The notes under the pieces: generated by a model | The model's input: the letters and a program-made list of their open reading frames with translations, nothing else | Databases searched by the model: none | Told to the model about the DNA's origin: nothing | In this document: piece after piece, positions 63,546 through 64,000 of the stretch | Layout of the letters: the number at the start of each line of letters is the position of its first letter | Numbering within the stretch: the stretch's first letter is position 1 | Position numbers and translations under genes: made by a program | Source: Geosiphon pyriformis uo1 | Lineage: Eukaryota; Fungi; Glomeromycota | Direction: 5' to 3' | Length of the DNA stretch: 64,000 bases | Assembly (NCBI GenBank): GCA_016748015.1 | Contig: JAAOMT010000630.1 | Span: forward strand, 62,001 to 126,000

Positions 63546-64000
63546 TATTACAAGTAATTATTTGGGGTTTCAAATCAAATAACAAATCTGTAACTTGGTG
63601 CTCAAAAGCTATTTACATTGATGGTGATCTGAAAGTATTGTAATCTGAAGGTGTTATTATTTGAAGATTTTGGTTGAGTCTTTTGTATAATAGACAAAGA
63701 TTTATTTGTTGTCTTTTTAATAGCCTTCCAGAATTGCAATTCCATCAAATTTCTTTCTTAGTGTGATGGCCAGTAATTTGGCAGAGATGCCTTTCTGATA
63801 AGCTATTCTTAAAATCTCAATGTTATACTCTTTCTTTGAAGTCTTTTACCAGGCTATCCTTGACATCAATAATTCTGTGCTTTTCTTTTTAATCAATTAG
63901 TAAAACAAAAAAAATAAAAAAAAATAAAAAAAATAAAAAAAATAAAAAAATAAGCCAAGACAATAAAAGTTAGTATCCTGTTAATAGCCATAATTAAGAG
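63546..64000 (-). repeat. Element D 5' LTR (partial)
   Basis: TATTACAAGTAATTATTTGG... is colinear with 46219 onward and adjacent to the PBS. Confidence 0.88.

Larger units (their letters stand above)
46219..64000 (-). mobile_element. Ty3/gypsy-type LTR element D (degenerate), interrupted by E. Its 5' LTR runs off the window.
   Basis: 3' LTR 46219-47102, PPT ~47103-47118, ORF3 ~47090-47760, INT ~47807-49190. Pol lies at 49208-49994 and 58078-63483. PBS at ~63527-63545. The 5' LTR from 63546 matches 46219 onward. Confidence 0.88.

Overview
Eukaryotic fungal DNA with short GT-AG introns. The repeat proteins resemble those I recall from Glomeromycota, particularly Geosiphon pyriformis; this is an inference, not a database result. 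Bases 1 to ~11.2 kb hold four intact host genes: PRP18, YOP1/REEP-like, HID1/Ecm30-like and a three-KH RNA-binding protein. From ~11.25 kb onward the window is a nested retrotransposon stack eroded almost only by C>T/G>A changes. It contains three LINE copies (APE-RT-RNase H-CCHC): one full length with a 10-bp TSD, one split and one near-saturated relic. It also contains five Ty3/gypsy-type LTR elements (A-E) from four divergent families. The main finding is that these families share a complex architecture. (1) TGTTAC...GTAACA LTRs, 4-bp RYRY target sites and a PBS best fitting elongator tRNA-Met. (2) One Gag-Pol frame that opens at a conserved AAA-GTG, with a 240-325 codon extension (nearly Met-free where intact) ahead of a conserved capsid AUG. 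(3) Then Zn knuckle, protease, an unexplained Cys-rich module, a five-motif dUTPase, a degenerate dUTPase-like repeat, RT and RNase H. (4) Integrase in its own separate ORF. (5) A conserved non-env ORF3 running through the PPT into the 3' LTR. Element E is broken by N gaps and partly duplicated by misassembly.
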